A DNA stretch of 64,000 nt from Antedon mediterranea (Eukaryota; Animalia; Echinodermata), in NCBI RefSeq assembly GCF_964355755.1, contig NC_092680.1:20655045-20719044 (forward strand), in the 5' to 3' direction. Made by a program: the position numbers and the translations under genes. Under the pieces are notes generated by a model. That model did no database searches, had not been told where the DNA came from, and saw only the letters and a list, made by a program, of their open reading frames with translations. This document shows positions 60,801 through 64,000 of the stretch, one piece after another (position 1 is the first letter of the stretch; each line of letters begins with the position of its first letter).

Positions 60801-63800
60801 AGAAATTACTATAAAAATATGGGTGTGCATGATTTCACAATCTGTCGGCAAACCTTGCGCAATTTGCAGATTACTTGCGCAATTTAATACGTTGCTTGCG
60901 CAATTTGAAACACATGTTTCAATTCAAATTGCGCAAGGATTTTTTTTGCGCAATTTCAAATTGCGCAAATCGTTCAAATCGCGCATAACAGTTGGGTCTT
61001 AGCTTTCGTGATCTTAGGTCTTAGGGGGTCTGAGCTTTCGTGGTCTGAGCTTTCGTGACACCCAGTGTAGCCTATAGTAAAGGCCTGGTAGTATCAATTC
61101 GCATAGGGTCTACTACACTAGCTAGCTCAATTTTTAACTGGGCCGGATCGGTTAGGTCTCCTTCTTACTACCTGGTCTACTTGCTTGATGCAATTTTTGG
61201 AGAGTAAACTAGGCCTATTAGTATTTAGGCCTACTATACTTTAGACGATCGGGACACCATCCATGCGTATGGACTGCGATCGGACCTTGTTTTGCCTCAA
61301 TATTTACAGCCGATTTTGTAGAATGTTTTAGATTTAGATTGTTTAGGAGTTTGGTTGATAGGATGGGTCTTGGAATTCACTGAGTTTTGTTATTTATGGG
61401 CCAATCGTTTGGTAATAGGCTAGCTAGGCCGCATGATGGGCCCCCAGTGTTTTAACGTAGCCATCGTGGCATGGAATCCCTAGTCAGAATGGCTCTCACC
61501 CATGAAAAAAAAAATGATTTAGGCTAGGCTAACCTAGTACGTGAAGCCGATAACACGATCTGTCTGTACTATTCGAGGTATAAAAATAGTATATAATTTA
61601 TGACTCCGTAATCTGTACTAAATTTTGTATTTTATTAAATGTCAAATAAATGCTACTACTGTTATTATTACACTTTAGGCCTAGCTTAGAAAATCTACAA
61701 AAAATGTATTTCACAATGATCAGGTGGTCGTTGTTTGACAGGGGAGAGAGATGTAAATTAGTTGACAAATGCAACGTACATGACGTCGCGAGTTTGGAAT
61801 CCACTGATGACGTGATTTTGTGAATATCTCATGAATATTAATGAGCTTCCCTAAGCTGCTGAAAAACAGACTTTCCATGAATTTACCCTAAAATGTATAT
61901 GAAATTTAATTTTTTTAATTTCTCGTTATTACTTCTTCATTCTGACATGTCTATATTGTTATAATGTTTTTTATTTAATAAATAAACAATATTTAAAAGC
62001 AATTTTAAACCCAGAATCCCCCTTTAATAATAATAATACATTTTACTCTGTTATGTTAGGTTTACAATATATACTATATTATTCATTATTATGATATTAC
62101 AGGTATAACATTCTCAATGCAGTAAATAATCCTAATTACAGTATTTTTATTGATAAACAAGAAACAAAAAGTGATTAATTGATATTGCAACTTAATTCTG
62201 TAGTAAATTTGTTGCAGTTAAGTTCATTAATTTACATCATTGTCTACCTTTGTTACAGTATCTTTACATAGTAATTTATGTAATCTTAGGAATCGTTATA
62301 CAGAGTCTTGAAAATAATTGTATTTTGAAATGAGTAAATTATTTCATTTTTGATCCAATATAAGAAAACACAAAGTATGTAATAAGTATGTGTAAATGTG
62401 TGTATGTACTGTCATACAGTAATTGTGTATTATTGTAAATAAAACAATTACCTTATTTTGCAATGATGCCCCATGCTGTTGTATGAGGAATGTCACTATT
62501 TCCAAGGTACACTTTCCATAATACATATACAAATGAAGTGGAGTGTCTCCATCCTTGATGAACAAAATCATAATCATAAGTTCAATTATATTGATAAAAT
62601 CTATATAAGTAATTGATAAGTGCTAAATAGACACAAAAAAAAGTATGTAATAAATGTATGTAAGTTTGTGTATGTACTGTCATAAAGTAATTGTGTATTA
62701 TTGTAAATAAAACAATTACCTTATTTTGCAATGACAATGATGCACCATGCTGTTGTATGAGGACTTTCACTATTTCCAAGGTACAATTTATATTTCCCAC
62801 ATACAAATGAAGTGGAGTGTCTCCATCCTTGATGAACAAAATCATAATCATAAGTTCAATAATATTTATAAAATCTATATAAGTAATTGATAAGTGCTAA
62901 ATAGACACACAAAAAAAGTATGTAATAAATGTATGTAAGTTTGTGTATGTACTGTCATAAAGTAATTGTGTATTATTGTAAATAAAACAATTACTATAGC
63001 AAAACACATCTCATCACAGATGGTAAAGTATACTGTGTGTATTCTCTTGCAACTTAATCCTGTAGTAAATTTGTTGCAGTTAAGTTCATTATAATTTACA
63101 TCATTGTCTACCTTTGTTACAGTATCTTTACATAGTAATTTATGCAATCTTAGGAATCGTTATACTTAGTCGTGAAAATAATTTCATTTTGAAATGAGTA
63201 AATTATTTCTTTTTTGTTAATCCAATACAAGAAAACAAATAAGTATGTATATAAGTATGTGTAAATGTGTGTATGTACTGTCATACAGTAATTGTGTATT
63301 ATTGTAAATAAAACAATTACCTTATTTTGCAATGACAATGATGCACCATGCTGTTGTATGAGGAATTCCACTATTTCCAAGGTACAATGTTGATAATACA
63401 CATACAAATGAAGTGGAGTGTCTCCATTCTTGATGAACAAAATTATAATCATAAGTTCAATATATTAATAACAGCTATATTAGTAATTGATAAGTGCTAA
63501 ATAGACAACCAATAAATGTATAGCAAAACACATCTCATCACAAATGGTAAAGTATACTGTGTGTATTCTCTTGCAACTTAATCCTGTAGTAAATTTGTTG
63601 CAGTTAAGTTCATTATAATTTACATCATTGTCTACCTTTGTTACAGTATCTTTACATAGTAATTTATGTAATCTTAGGAATCGTTATACTTAGTCGTGAA
63701 AATAATTTCATTTTGAAATGAGTAAATTATTTCTTTTTTGTTAATCCAATACAAGAAAACAAATAAGTATGTATATAAGTATGTGTAAATGTGTGTATGT

Positions 63801-63952
63801 ACTGTCATACAGTAATTGTGTATTATTGTAAATAAAACAATTACCTTATTTTGCAATGACAATGATGCACCATGCTGTTGTATGAGGAATTCCACTATTT
63901 CCAAGGTACAATGTTGATAATACACATACAAATGAAGTGGAGTGTCTCCATT
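45896..63952 (-). CDS. Gene 1 (5'-partial): ankyrin array - Roc - COR - DED-DED - ZU5/UPA-like - DED-DED ROCO protein
   Basis: Phase-compatible AG/GT exons. ANK: 63845-63952, 63321-63428, 62720-62827, 62452-62553, 57827-57934. Cap: 57370-57457. Roc: 56694-56859, 56374-56477, 55980-56048, 55705-55841, 54971-55060, 54673-54864. Roc/COR: 54280-54516, 53781-53975, 53441-53611, 53041-53343, 52753-52839, 52465-52669. Linker 52196-52330; DED-DED 51521-52084; microexon 51280-51309; ZU5 50021-50556; 48784-48915; 48292-48433; microexon 48051-48080; DED-DED 46158-46715; last exon 45957 to stop 45896. Confidence 0.85.
46158..46715 (-). CDS. Tandem death effector domain exon B
   Basis: FNDLKCDLGKHY...LKCCLFDVIP...DLFNVLHDHCEIKPDDVTIL and YRKRLLRALKEVGQDELKDI...MVFYLESKLLL. 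Confidence 0.72.
50021..50556 (-). CDS. ZU5 domain exon
   Basis: VGSTGGTLHL...LEIYPGAI...ISPIVKCGPEGTIFNKPCSLSFPH...ITLNHFC matches the ZU5 pattern of UNC5/PIDD/ankyrin. Confidence 0.88.
51521..52084 (-). CDS. Tandem death effector domain exon A
   Basis: Two ~80-aa helical units with DED-like patterns (LDMLKVLCKDLI...LFNLLKQAGHL...NFKVL; YRQKLIDFGKKLSQDNV...LDLEERGIL). Confidence 0.75.
52465..54360 (-). CDS. COR domain exons of gene 1
   Basis: YLNDTGIIMY, IVITNICWMIKILTKVI, LMKVFRLL, FLVPCRM and FLPDAVYNTLVV follow the Roc domain as in ROCO proteins. Confidence 0.85.
54280..56859 (-). CDS. Roc GTPase domain exons of gene 1
   Basis: P-loop FLGKEGAGKTS, switch I STDGI, G3 IWDYAGQLDYYITH, G4 LVATHMD, G5-like MVDNK, followed by the COR start VPVKWVDL. 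Confidence 0.92.
59168..61063. mobile_element. MULE/Mutator-like MITE nested in the Kolobok-like element
   Basis: Long TIR GGGTGTCACGAAAGCTCAGACC...; 10-bp direct repeat AGTGTAGCCT on both flanks. Confidence 0.8.
60186..60990. mobile_element. TGT...ACA MITE (Ginger-like) nested in the right TIR of the MULE-like element
   Basis: TIR TGTTATGCGCGATTTGAACGATTTGCGCAATTTGAAATTGCGC; 5-bp TSD GTTGG; many TTGCGCAA palindromes. Confidence 0.78.
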
Positions 63953-64000
63953 CTTGATGAACAAAATTATAATCATAAGTTCAATATATTGATAACAGCT

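Larger units (their letters stand above)
58492..62023. mobile_element. Kolobok-like non-autonomous DNA transposon
   Basis: TTAA on both sides (58488-58491, 62024-62027); imperfect TIR AGGGGGGTTCCGGGTTTAAAAT / ATTTTAAACCCAGAATCCCCCT. Confidence 0.75.
57755..64000 (-). repeat. Ankyrin exon-intron cassette array of gene 1 (same cassette family as gene 2)
   Basis: Same intron blocks as in 3016-25850; the last two units (524-bp period) are almost identical. Confidence 0.93.

Noticed and set aside
9623-63147. Repeated short ORFs M(H/Y)KLLCKDTVT... and MIMILFIK... as standalone genes
   Set aside because: They are translations of the repeated intron, or read-through around the true 102-123-bp exons; splice sites bound only the ankyrin part.
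45896-63952. Calling gene 1 DAPK1 or LRRK2
   Set aside because: No kinase or LRR exons are seen and the C-terminus is DED/ZU5; orthology is unsupported, so no symbol is given.

Overview
AT-rich, intron-rich animal genomic DNA; an invertebrate, possibly an echinoderm, though the taxon is only an impression. The window holds two head-to-tail minus-strand genes built from tandem ~525-bp exon+intron cassettes, each cassette carrying one phase-0 exon for a single ankyrin repeat. Gene 1 (5' end beyond 64000, ending ~45896) can be spliced by eye into ankyrin array - Roc GTPase - COR - tandem DED - ZU5/UPA-like - tandem DED, a ROCO protein with death-fold effector modules, followed by decayed copies of its C-terminal modules. 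Gene 2 starts at 26505 and has 19 ankyrin exons down to 3060; the rest lies left of the window. The main signal is that introns and exon frameworks are nearly identical while codons ~8-15 of each exon are hypervariable, almost only at codon positions 1-2, with in-frame length variants and mosaic sharing between cassettes and between the two genes. This looks like a natural DARPin-like, recombining receptor array on a ROCO/DED scaffold, a candidate diversified immune receptor family. The introns and intergenic DNA carry many TEs (Gmr1-type Gypsy, LINEs, SINE, Helitron, Helentrons, Academ-like, nested Kolobok/MULE/Ginger-like MITEs) and a 10-kb 74-bp satellite. Exon coordinates were read manually and need RNA confirmation.
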